A DNA stretch of 64,000 nt, taken from Octopus sinensis. Lineage: Eukaryota. The notes beneath the pieces are model-generated. The model saw only the letters and a list, made by a program, of their open reading frames with translations, had not been told where the DNA came from and did no database searches. Location: the NCBI RefSeq assembly GCF_006345805.1, contig NC_043015.1, forward strand, positions 47,554,001 to 47,618,000, written 5' to 3'. Below are positions 1 to 12,035 of the stretch, piece by piece; within the stretch, counting starts at the first letter, position 1; each line of letters starts with the position of its first letter. The translations under genes and the position numbers were made by a program.

Positions 1-166
1 CTCATATGTATCAACAGTCCACCATTCATTACATCCACTCCTCAACCCAACCCAATCTCCACAATCTTCACTTACACTCTCCTACCTTCACATATACATT
101 ATCAACCACTCATCTATCCTTGTTTTTCATTCCATACATACACCCCACACACCTTTCTCCATTTCT

Positions 167-504
167 TATTTCTTTACTGCTGATAAAGGGCTACACACAG
201 AGGGGACAAACAAGGACAGACAAAGTCGACCTCGGCAGAATTTGAACTCAGAACGTAACAGCAGACGAAATACCTATTTCTTTACTACCCACAAGGGGCT
301 AAACACAGAGGGGACAAACAAGGACAGACAAACGGATTAAGTCGATTACATCAACCCCAGTGCGTAACTGGTACTTAATTTATCGACCCCGAAAGGATGA
401 AAGGCAAAGTCGACCTCGGTGGAATTTGAACTCAGAACGTAAAGACAGACGAAATACCGCTAAGCATTTCACCTGGCGTACTAACATTTCTGCCAGCTCG
501 CCAC
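167..504 (-). mobile_element. SINE family B dimer (second unit internally deleted)
   Basis: Reverse complement of the family B unit; same junction at about 270. Confidence 0.78.
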
Positions 505-2355
505 CTTTCTCCATTCCTTTCACTTATCTCCATCTCTTACCAACCCTCTCTTACTCACCCCATATACTCTTGCAAACTCTACCCACCCTCACACTCAGTT
601 TTTCTGTTCCCACTCCCTTTTGTTCACCCTCTTGTATCATCAGGATCCACCTTGATACCACATCTCTGCTATTTTATCTCTTTTTCAAGTTCCACTCAAA
701 CTACTTTAGTAATGTAAGTAACCATGTAGCTCCTCTACAGCAGGAAACCTGTTCTATTCTCTCATCATTTAGCCTTGCATCTCCAAGCATAAAGCCACCT
801 TCTTCTCTTCTGTAGTCCCACTCAGTCAAAGTGGTTTTTGACTCATGAGCTGCATATTGTGCTGGTGTCATAGAAAAAGCACCAAACGCATGGTGTAAAG
901 CAGTTGGCATTAGTAATGGCATCCGGTCATACAAACCATGTCAAAGCAGATAATGACGCATGATACAGTCAAACCTGTCAAACTATCCAACCCAAGCCAG
1001 CATGGAAGATAAACATTAAAAGATGATGATGATTATGCAGCTACATAATTGTAATCACAGAAAACACAATGTTCAAATTTCCTAAATTATATTTTCTTTC
1101 TAATAAATGTTATTTTCTTGCAATGCTTTAAAGTTTGTAGCATTCTTTTATCTCTCCTGTATATTGCTTGCTGTTTCCTTGAACAATATGATCGATAAGC
1201 AATTATTTCCATTTTAATCTGTATCTAAAGATGCAAAAAATCATATTATGGTTATTCAATGTTCTTGAAGAAAGATGAAAACACTGGTTCTAATTGAAGT
1301 GAGTTTTGTATTTCTGATCCATGAAGAATGATATATTTTTCAATTAAAGAAGTCGTACATTAAATATATAACATTTTCAAGTTACATTCATAATAAACTA
1401 TTGAAATGATTTAAAAAATAACTGAAATCTATTACAAATTTTACCTTGAAATTAATAGATTTTGAAACAAAAATAAATTACATAAACAAAAGTGCTGCCT
1501 AAGACTGACATATGTAAGTCAGAGAGAGAGAGAGACAGTGATCTAAGGCTGAGATGTCAGCAATTGAAGAATTAGAGATTGGTGTATTTCAAAAGAATAT
1601 ACAAGGATTTTGCAATTTGGAAATAGTACCGAATGAAATGAAGAATATGGGTAATGTTTTATAAAGGAGAATAAACACATATGAATATTATTGCAGTAAG
1701 CAGTTTGTGAAAATGTGAATCTATCAAAAACAGTAGGAAAGGAAATGAATGGATTAATGTATAATGAATGAACAGCCACAAGTTGATGTTTTATAGCAGG
1801 TAAAGCTTTATTCATTAATCAATCTTCTGGTAAAAATGAGTAATGATGCTTGTAGTTAAATGAACACCATCTTAAAAATAAGATCTGTGCTTTATCAAGT
1901 AATAATAAGGCTGAATTAATTACAATGGTGCTGACATCTTGTTGGTACCTCTAGATGGTGGTATTTCAGAATTGTCAGATGCTTATTTCTATTTATGAAT
2001 GTTATATGAGCTAGAGTTATAGGTCTGAGAATTCTAGTCCATCCTCAAACTCAGTCAATGTCATCCTAAGATATTTCTCTGCCACAGGTGAAAAGCATCA
2101 TTAAAGAGAGTCCCTAGTTATGTAGAGATGAAATACGTCTTTACTACAGGTAAAAGAAGACACAAAAATATGCAAGATATAAACAAAGGCAAAAATAAAG
2201 GTAAAATGGAATATATGATGAATCTTAATACAAACACCTTATTAAAAAAAAATTTTTACTTTTTCTATAAAAATTCCCATGAAGCATAATTCTTCATGTA
2301 GAGATAGTACTAGAAAATCTCAGAGTGAAATATGAAACATAAAATACACTATTAC

Positions 2356-2444
2356 CTGAAGGTGTATTCTTGGGAGTATACATCCAAGTTGGGTTAGCAC
2401 AAGGAATTCCCCAGAACATAATTGAGTCAAGGAAAAGATGAAAT
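2356..2444 (-). CDS. Probable 89-nt exon of an unidentified gene (either MFWGIPCANPTWMYTPKNTPS from an internal ATG, or FIFSLTQLCSGEFLVLTQLGCILPRIHLQ)
   Basis: Non-repetitive block with polypyrimidine acceptor ctttcttattttag| and donor CAG|GTAAT; two open frames; product not recognised. Confidence 0.4.
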
Positions 2445-3684
2445 CTAAAATAAGAAAGGCTGTTAGTGACAGAGCAAAGAAGGAGGGTTAGAAAGCTTTA
2501 GTTTGGAGTAAAAAAAACACACACTCAACTGGTCATTTACTAATATTATGATGATATGATAAAAACTAATTCCATTTGAACTACCAAAGTAACAAGTGTA
2601 AAATTTCCATCGTTGACAGATTAATACATATTCATGAGAGATATTAGCAAGCCGGAGTTAGATGCTTCTCAGAGAAAAATTAGGAATCCGAATACAGGTG
2701 GGGATGGTTGTGATACTCAAAAATATAAATTCCTTAAAATGCCATTATGAAATAATTGTATTTAACCAAAAAAAAAAAATGAAAAAAAATTCATATAACA
2801 TTGTTTGATAAATAAAAGCAAACAGTCAAAATTTAAATGTATACCATATTGTGATAGAAAGAAGAATAAAAATGTTGTTCACCCTTTCAAAACATGAAGA
2901 AATATATATATAAACTTACTACTATTCCTCAGTATCATTCATTCATTCATTCATTCATTCATTCATCCATTCATCCATCCATCCATACATACATACATTC
3001 ATACATACATACATATCACCTGCGACGGACTGGCATCCCGTCCAGGTGAGAAACCTATACGCCAAGGAAACTGGGAAACCGGCCCTTATGAGCCAAGCAT
3101 GGCTCAAGAAGGAACATACATACATACATACATCATTTGGCATTTGTCATCCATGCTAGAATGGATTGGACAGTACAGGAGGACCCAACAAGCTAGAGAA
3201 CTGCATTGAGCTCCAACATCTGTTTCGGCATGATTTCTGTGATTGAATGCCCTCCTTTAAAGCCAGTCACCTTACAGAGTGTACTACGTACTGTTTTTGT
3301 GGCCCCATCACCAGTGACATCACCAAGTAATTTGCATAACAAAAGAGAAAAGCCTCCTTAACTGAATGAAGACTAAGTAGAAAACAAGGGTAGCTTTATG
3401 CTAGATATTGAGAGGCTAAAGTATGATAGAGGGACAAAAATAGGTGTCTTGCTGTAGAGGAGTTTTTGTTAAGCATTGTATACATTCAGAGCCCATGTCT
3501 CACAACCTAGAAGCATTACTGTTTATCCACAACCATCATACAATCTGCCTTTCACTCGGGAACCACTTATTACCAACAAAGTGAAAAATCTCTCTGAACT
3601 TACTCCAGTCTTGTTCTTATTCTAGCAACTAAGCTTTTAGAACAACCTTTTCCACTGTTAGGCTATTTTGGCAACAGAATCTGT

Positions 3685-3949
3685 CTGTGATCTTTTGGTA
3701 CAAGTACCATAACTGCCAATTACTGTTTGTTTACATTTGAAGAAGAAGATCGTCATTTTCCATAAAGCTTTTTTTTTTATATATGTGGGGTTAGGGTTAG
3801 GGTTTGGGTTAGGGTTAGGGTTAGTGTTAGGGATAGGGTTAGGGTTTGGGTTAGGGGTGGGTTGAAGGGTTTCTTTTTTCTTCAGAAATGTAAATAAACC
3901 CACGTGGATTTATAACTGGCAGTTATGGTACTTGTACCGAAAGATTGCC
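3685..3949. mobile_element. TIR MITE with 8-bp TSD carrying an interstitial telomeric (TTAGGG)n tract (about 3788-3856); Merlin-like
   Basis: TIR ATCTTTTGGTACAAGTACCATAACTGCCA (3690-3718) / TGGCAGTTATGGTACTTGTACCGAAAGAT (3917-3945); GAATCTGT at 3677-3684 and 3950-3957. Confidence 0.75.
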
Positions 3950-4398
3950 GAATCTGTATACTAACTCTAGGGATCCTCCTGAATATTCAAGGAACTCTGT
4001 TCCCCATATGCACAAAGTGTTTATTCCCTGCTGTCATTTATAAAGTCTATTTCCTTTCTTAACATTCTTGCAATTCTACAGCACCTTATGCCCGTAATTT
4101 GCACTGAGTGCGTTATATGGAATTTCTACCTTTGGGTTTTCAGCATATTGAACAGGGCAATTTTCTAGAAGGAGACTCTAACTCTCTTTTACTTGTTTAA
4201 ATCATTTGACTGCAGCCATGCTGGAGCACCACCTTCAGTCGAGCAAATTGACCCCATGACTTATTCTTTGTAAGCCTAGTACTTATTCTATCGGTCTCTT
4301 TTGCTGAACTGCTAAGTTACGGGGACATAAACACGTCAGCATCAGTTGTCAAGCCATGTTGGGGGAAGCAAACACACACACACACACATATATATATA

Positions 4399-4594
4399 TT
4401 TAGGGAGAGTTTACGAATAAAACAAAAGACAAAGACAGGTGGTGTACAAAACAAACAGATGTATTAGTATAACGCTCAGGAATAGAAAAAATCTTTTACG
4501 TTTCGAGCCTACGCTCTTCTACAGAAAGGGACACAGAAAAAATAAGGAGAGAAAAAAATGTGCGTACTGGCTAACGATCAATCATGGCGACTGG

Positions 4595-4595
<1 letters not shown>
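4399..4595 (-). mobile_element. About 200-bp (TA)n-embedded repeat with hammerhead-like motif (4492-4529), nested in a SINE
   Basis: CCTTT-CTGTAGA-A-GAGC-GTAG-GCTC-GAAA-CGTA-AAAGA on the minus strand; homologous to 33938-34122, 25507-25690 and 57985-58150; flanked by (TA)n. Confidence 0.6.
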
Positions 4596-4626
<31 letters not shown>

Positions 4627-6019
4627 GTACATATATACGATGGGCTTCTTTCAGTTTCCATCTACCAAATCCACTCAGAAGGCTTTGGTCAGCCCGAGGC
4701 TATAGTAGAAGACACTTGCCCGAGGTGCCACACAGTGAGACTGAAACCGGAACCATGTGGTTGGTAAGCAAGCTACTTACCACACAGCCAATCCTGTGCC
4801 TATGTCAAGCAGTTTCTTTGCACAAAGGAAGAGTTATTCTACAAACAGGTGTAATTTGAATGACATATGTCAGTTAATAAAAAAAGGTACACCCACTTTT
4901 ACATAACTTTTAAGACAACTCTTGTGTGCGCGTGCATGCATGTGTGTGTGTGTGTGTGTGTATGTGGGTGGGTGCCTATTATGCATAACTGCACAAACAG
5001 GTCTATCTATATAAGAAATGACATCTTTAGTCAAGGAATGGACCACATTCTGAACCGAATCTCAATCAAATTAAAACGTATACAATGCTTACAAAAAAAA
5101 ATGAGTCAACCAGAATTACAAGAGATCAGAGCAACGAATTAAAGAAAAAAAAAATCATTCCAATGCAAAAAAAAAGCCCAAAAAATATATTCAGTTCTTA
5201 TATTATTTTCAGGCAACCAAAACCAAACCAGGTCAGCAACTACTGGTGGAAACAAGCTCAGCTGTTGAAACATTGCTTCCCCCCCCCCACACACACACAC
5301 AGTAATTTCTGCTACATCAATGACCAATTCCATTGTCACCTTCGCTGCTGATGTTGACATTTTATGAACAACATCCACTCATTCCACCACTACTGTGACT
5401 ACTGCCACCATTAATACAACCACCACCACCACCACCACCACCACCACCACTACTACTACTACTACTACTGAACTATACCATTCTGACTGCCACAATGTTG
5501 TCTTCTTGGATAAGATCTACAAGGAAATTATAGTTGAAAAAGGAGAGAATATTCTCTTTTACTTGTTTCAGTCATTTGACTGTGGCCATGCTGGAGCACC
5601 GCCTTAAGTCGAGCAAATCAATCCCAGGACTTATTCTTTGTAAGGCCTAGTACTTATTCTAGTGATCTCTTTTTGCCGAACTGCTAAGTTACGGGGACGT
5701 AAACACACCAGCATTTGGTTGTCAAGCGATGTTGAGAGGACAAACACAGACACACAAACATAAATATATACGACGGGCTTCTTTCAGTTTCCGTCTACCA
5801 ATCCACTCACAAGGCTTTGGTTGGCCCGAGACAATAGTAGAAGACACTTGCCCAAGATGCCATGCAGTGGGATTGAACCTGGAACCATGAGGTTCGTAAG
5901 CAAGCTACTTACCACACAGCCACTCGTAAATATTTTCAAATCCCTGCCCTCCACTCACTGAAACTTGTATCAATCAGTGAAAGATCAGCAATACTAGAAA
6001 TTCAACAGATCAAAATGAT

Positions 6020-6075
<56 letters not shown>

Positions 6076-7085
6076 AGAGAGAGAGATACTGACTCTGCAA
6101 ATACTATGCAGATATGGAATTTCCAGCCCAAAATTGTCAGCAGATGACTATTGCTAGTTGTGAGTTTAGTTCCTGGAGATGGCTGTGTGTCGTATATTCT
6201 TCAGCAAGACGCTCAATTTCACATTGCTCCAGTTCACTCAGCTGTAGGAATGATTTGCAATGTCACTGGCACCAAGCTGCATCAGCCTTAGCCTTTCCCT
6301 TGGATAACATCAACGGTGTGGAGAAGGGAGGCTGGCATGCATGGGCAGCTACCGGTCTTCTGTGAAACAACCTTGCCCAGACTCAGTGTCACAGAGATAA
6401 ACTTTCTAGGTGCAATCTCATGGTCATTTTTTTTCTTTTACTTGTTTCAGACATTTGACTGCAGCCATGCTGGAGCGCCGCCTTTTAGTCAAAGAAATCG
6501 ACTCCAGGACTTATTTTTTCTAAGCCTGGCACTTATTCTATCAGTCTCTTTTGCTGAGCCACTAAGCTACAGGGATGTAAACACACTAAGATATATATAT
6601 ACACACACACACACATATACATGTGATGCATGACCCAGTGGTTAGCATGTTGCACTCATGATTGTTAAATCGTGGGTTTGATTTCCGATCCAAGTGGTGA
6701 GGTGTAATCTTGAGCAAAACACTTTATTTCATGTTACTCCAGTGCACTCAAATGTGAATAGGTAACCCTGCAACAAACTAGTCTTCCAATCAGGAAAAAT
6801 GTTAGACTGTTTGCCTAATTAGTAGGGTGGCATCGTTTGAAAGCTAAAGCAATGCAAAGTGGAATACCAGTTTGTGATGATGTTTAGGATTATTGGAGTA
6901 ATCTCACAGTTGATATCTAGATTGCCTGCTAGTGTTCTGTTGTCTAGACCAATATTTTTGAGTCAAACCTACTGAATTTCTGACCAGACTTCTTTTTTAG
7001 AATAATTGATTAGGGATGTATTTTACAAATATAAAATGTCTTATAGCTCTGAAGGTCAGACACCCATGAATTGGTGAGGATGATA

Positions 7086-7979
7086 TTCAAGGGTGTCATG
7101 GCATCACTCAGCAAGACCTTTGTCAGCCACTCTCCACCTATCTGTTGGGTTGTCAGGAAAGTTCGTGCCAATTTTTAAAGGAAAGAAAAAGGTCAATAAA
7201 TACTTGCCATTACATTTTTAATCAACCAAATATGAACCAATTTGTTGCACAATGCGTTTCCATCTTTCCCTTAACTTGAAAATACCCTCTTCCCAGAATT
7301 GAGGTGCCTGGAAGGGTAAGTCAAAAGGTAAGCTACTATAAAATTGGCATGAACTTTCCGGACAACCCAATATTTAAGGCTGTATATGGCTATGGTGTGG
7401 CCACATTTGGAATTTGCATCACCAATCTTGAACTTCTATCTTGCTCAGGGCATTGACCTCCTGGAAACTGTTCAGAGACATACAACCAAGCAAATACCCT
7501 CCATCAGACATTTACCATACTCTGAATACCTTACTTCCCTGGGCATAGATACATTGAAGCTCCAACATCTGGCAACTGACTTAGTAAACACCCACAAAAC
7601 TATTAACCATCATGCCAACAACCACCTTGAGCACCTTTTTCAGCTCCATGTGTCTAACATACGTGGGTATGCCTACAAAGTCAGAAAACAGCACAGCTCC
7701 CATGACTTTTGGAAACATTTTTTCACACTCAGAATTGCTGAAGCATGGAACAAACTACCTGCATCAGTTTTTTGTTGCCAAGACATTGCATCCTTTAAAA
7801 CTTCCATGCTTCCTGAGATTTGCCAACACTACACCTGATATACCCCCCTCCATATGCATGCACACATATATATCATGATTCATACACTGTTCACTTTCTT
7901 GACTTTCGTTCATAATTCTATGTACTGTACATGCACCTTTGATGAGTTGTAGTGCATCTGAGCACTATACACAATAATT

Positions 7980-8016
<37 letters not shown>
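7086..8016 (+). mobile_element. CR1-group LINE 3' relic with (ATT)n tail
   Basis: ORF 7386-7838: MVWPHLEFASPI..LETVQRHTTK..LPYSE..FFTLRIAEAWNKLP, typical CR1 ORF2 C-terminus. Confidence 0.82.
7145..7370. mobile_element. Mariner-derived MITE inserted in a CR1 LINE relic
   Basis: TIR TTGGGTTGTCAGGAAAGTTCGTGCCAATTTT / AAAATTGGCATGAACTTTCCGGACAACCCAA-TA. Confidence 0.75.
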
Positions 8017-8019
<3 letters not shown>

Positions 8020-8304
8020 AAAATATATAATGGCTTGGCTCACACTGACATGTAGTCACATACTTAAAATAAATATATAAACACACATTTAACACTTATG
8101 TACACATACACACACACACAAATTGAACACTGCTACACAGAGATTTCACTCAAACATATAAATTTACTGAGTATAGTATAACACCTTATAAACATGCTGA
8201 ATGCAGACAATAGACGCACAAACACATTCCTTGACGCTATTAAGTTAAGCTTCGCCTGATCTAATTCTGGCTAAAACTCGTCAAAGTATATAATATATAT
8301 ATAC

Positions 8305-8337
<33 letters not shown>

Positions 8338-8528
8338 AATAAGAAAACAGAGGGGATCAATAGGAGGTTCATCAAATTTTAGACATTATATTATGTCAAC
8401 TTATTTATTTATTTACTAAACTGACAATTACAAGAATATACATACATGTATAACATATTAGGCTTTACATATAAAATATATTAATATAGAAAGATACCAG
8501 TAATTATTAAAACATGTGTGTGTGTGGA

Positions 8529-8811
8529 GGCGCAATGGCCCAGTGGTTAGGGCAGTGGACTCGCGGTCGCAGGATCACGGTTTCGATTCTCAGACCGGGC
8601 GTTGTGAGTGTTTATTGAGCGAAAACACCTAAAAAAAAAGAAGCTCCATGAGGCTCCGGCAGGGGGTGGTGATCCCTACTGTACTCTTTCACCACTCTTT
8701 CTTCTGTTGGCCTGCTCGCTTAGCCAGCGGGGTGGCGTCATTCGAAGGCTAAAACAATGCGAATGCATTGTGACCAGCGATGTGTAACAACATCTGATGG
8801 TCTGGTCGGTC
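8529..8811 (+). mobile_element. tRNA-Arg-like-headed SINE (resembles octopus OR-type SINEs)
   Basis: GGCGCAATGGCCCAGTGGTTAGGGCAGTGGACTCGCGGTC (TCG loop)..GGTTTCGATTC. The same head occurs at 20270-20458(-) with a different tail and at 45950-46225(-). Confidence 0.72.
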
Positions 8812-9451
8812 CATATATAGATATAGATATATATATAGATGGAGATACATAAATAGATAGACAGATGTAATCACAGTACACACATACATGCACAGATTAA
8901 GAGAAATATGTATATAAAAATAGTTTTATAGACAGGTAATATACAAATACTAAGACACAACCCATCCTGGCATGGGTTGGACGGTGTGACCAGAGCTGGC
9001 AAGGTGGGTGGGTGCTGTACAAGACTCTAGTCTGATTTGGCATGGTTTCTACAGCTGGATGCCCTTCCTAATGCCAACCACTTTACAGAGTGTGCTGGGT
9101 ACTTTTACATGGTACCACACAGACGCTTTTACATGGCACTGCTCGGGTACTTTCACCTGACGCAGACAATAGACGCACAAACACATTCCTTGACGCTATT
9201 AAGTTAAGCTTCGCCTGAGCAAAAATCTGGCTGAAACTTGTCAAAGTATGTACGTATATATATATATATATATATATATACCACCAAGTAAGTTAGGGGT
9301 TGTGGATCCAACCCACTAAGGGATAATATTTATCCAATATACTGTTGGTATAAGACCCAAATTATTAATACACAAGTGTTTTTAATTGCAATACAATTAA
9401 CTTATTGTATTAAATGGGTGAAGGTAAAGAAATATTTTACCATTAATTTAT

Positions 9452-9652
9452 ATTACAAATAAGAAAATGGAGAAAGAATTTAGTTGGTTTTTTCAGCTTT
9501 AGGATATTAACATGTTGACTAATTTATTTAACAGAACGAGAATCATAATAACATACATATATACATTAAAATTCAATACATATAAGATAAGAATACAATT
9601 ACTTAAAGCTGATAAACCAACTAAGTTGTTTCTCCATTTTCTTATTTGTAAT
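9452..9652. mobile_element. AT-rich MITE with about 50-bp TIRs
   Basis: ATTACAAATAAGAAAATGGAGAAAG..TTAGTTGGTTT..TCAGCTTTA mirrored by TAAAGCTGATAAACCAACTAAG..TTTCTCCATTTTCTTATTTGTAAT. Confidence 0.65.
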
Positions 9653-10328
9653 TATATATATATCATCATCATCATCATCGTTTAGCGTACGCTTTCCATG
9701 CTGGCATGGGTTGGACGGTTCAACTGGGGGTCTGGGAAGCCAGAAGGCTGCACCAGGCCCAGTCTGATCTGGCAGTGTTTCTACGGTTGGATGCCCTTCC
9801 TAACGGCAACAACTCCATGAGTGAAGTGGGTGCTTTTTACGCGCCACCGGCACAGGTGCCAGACAGGGCTGGCAAACAGCCATGGTTGGATGGTGCTTTT
9901 TACGTGCCAGGTGAGGCCGGCAAACGGCCACGATCGGATGGTGCTTTTTACGTGCCGGAGATACATAAATAGATAGACAGACATAATCACAGTACACACA
10001 TACATGCACAGATATAGGAGCACAGATTAAGAGAAATATCATCATCATCATCATCATCGTTTAACATCCGCTTTCCATACTGGCATGGGTTGGATGATTT
10101 GACTGAGGGCTGGTGAACCAGCTGGCTGCACCAGGCTTCAATCTTGATCTGGCAGAGTTTCTACAGCTGGATGCCCTTCCTAACGCCAACCACTCCAAGA
10201 GTGATACAATTCACTGTCAGAAATTTGGAAATGACATGTTGTACTGCTTGGCATTTGCACCAGAAGCTTCAATACAAACATTTCAGAGTGTTTCGATATC
10301 AATCTGAGGACATGTACCAAGAATGAGC

Positions 10329-10896
10329 ATTAGTGATGGCAATGTTATGCCTCCATTCATCTTTCCATATGACCTCACACTCAACATGGAGGCCTACATC
10401 AAGTGCCTGGAGGAGGTAGTGTTGCCCTGGGTCAAGAGGGTGGCTGCTGGAAGACCCTATGTCTGGCAATAGGACTCTGCACCATGCTACATAAGCAGGA
10501 GAACCCAGCTATGACTGTCAGACAATTTCTGCAACCACATCATCCCTAACATCTGGCCACCTAACTCCCCAGAATGCAACCCCTTGATTATTATATGTGG
10601 GGTGCAGTTGAGCAAGAGAGACCAACAAAACTCCTTGTAACATCAAAGATGAACTGAAGGCAAGGATTATAGCAGCATTGACCAACTTAAACAAGGAGAC
10701 CGTCCAGAAGAGTAGCAGGAGTTTCTGAAGTCGTCTGGAGGCCGTGGTTGAAGCCAATGGTGATTTTATTGAATAAATTTACTCTTTAATATTTCAAGAT
10801 ATTTTTATATAATTTTGGTAAATATATCTGTTAAAATGAGATGTCAGTGTTATTTTCATTTTTGCATAGTTTAGGAAGTTTATTCACCAAACCCTG
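10329..10896 (+). mobile_element. Tc1/mariner (maT/DD37D-like) transposase relic with right end
   Basis: Translates with stops as VMPPFIFP..YIKCLEEVVLPWVKRVAAGRPYVWQ*DSAPC..IWPPNSPECNPLDYYMWG..RLEAVVEANGDFIE*; ends CCCTG|TA. Confidence 0.8.
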
Positions 10897-11724
10897 TATG
10901 TATATATGTATGTCATCATCATCATCATCATCGTTTAACGTCTGCTTTCCATGCTAGCATGTGTTGGCCATTCAACTGGGGTCTGGGAAGCCCGAAGGCT
11001 GCACCAGGCCAGTCAGATCTGGCAGTGTTTCTACAGCTGGATGCCCTTCCTAACGATATATATATATATAAAATACAAAATGGGACAAGAACACAAAACA
11101 TCCAGACAGGTGATACAAAAAAGGGGACAACAAAACATCCAGATAGACGATACAAAGTAAACAAGGACGGGTCATTCGGAGTTTTCTTTCCTCAGTCAAG
11201 TTCCAGATTATCTTTGCAATTTCGACATGTGTGTGTGTGTATGTATACACACGAATACATGTACACATATAAGTTGTAGGCATGGCTGTGTTTAAAAAGT
11301 TTAATTCTAATTCCTTGGTTTTGAGTTCAGTCCCCCTGTGTGCCACCTTTGGTAAATGTCTTCTATTATAGCCCCAGGCCAAACAGGGGCATGTAAGTGG
11401 ATTCAGTTAATGGAAATGGAAAACATCTTTTTGTATATCTATCTATCTGTGTGTGTGTGTGTGTGTGCGTTACACTGACACGTCTTGACTTTGTATAATA
11501 ATTGTAAACTAGCATCAACATCATAAAAGCAATGCCCCTCATTTCCATTCTCCTGGCTATGGGGAAATTCTACTTTCCTTGGAAACAGGTAAGGGTTAGC
11601 AACAGGAAGGGCATCCAGCCATAGAAAATTTGTCTCAACAAATTCTGATCCATACAAGTATACAAAAGAGATACGGAAATGAAAATCATGTATACACGTT
11701 TTTGTAGACATATGACTACATAAA

Positions 11725-12035
11725 TATATATATAATTGCGTTTATATATGTATGCAAACGTGTGTATATATGTGTGTGTGTGTGTGTGCATACATATATA
11801 TATATGCACATATGTATAAATATTTACACATATGTATGTATATATACACACGTGTGTGTATAGATCTATACATATACGTATACTATATTTATATATATCT
11901 GTATTATCTATCTATACATACATACATACATACATACATACATACGTACATACGTACGTTACGTACATACGTACATTACGTACATACGTACGTACATTAC
12001 GTACATACGTACGTACGCACGCACGCGTGTATGTA
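11725..12035. repeat. Compound (TA)/(TG)/(TACA)/(TACG) microsatellite
   Basis: Visible directly; includes CpG-retaining TACGTA palindromic units at about 11943-12016. Confidence 0.9.

Noticed and set aside
1543-1815. 90-aa minus-strand ORF as an exon of the left-hand gene
   Set aside because: No recognisable motif or convincing splice boundaries; composition reflects AT-rich intronic DNA.
8529-8600. tRNA genes (also at 31036, 20390-20458, 46490-46557)
   Set aside because: tRNA-like heads continue into SINE bodies and lack intact acceptor stems and Pol III terminators.
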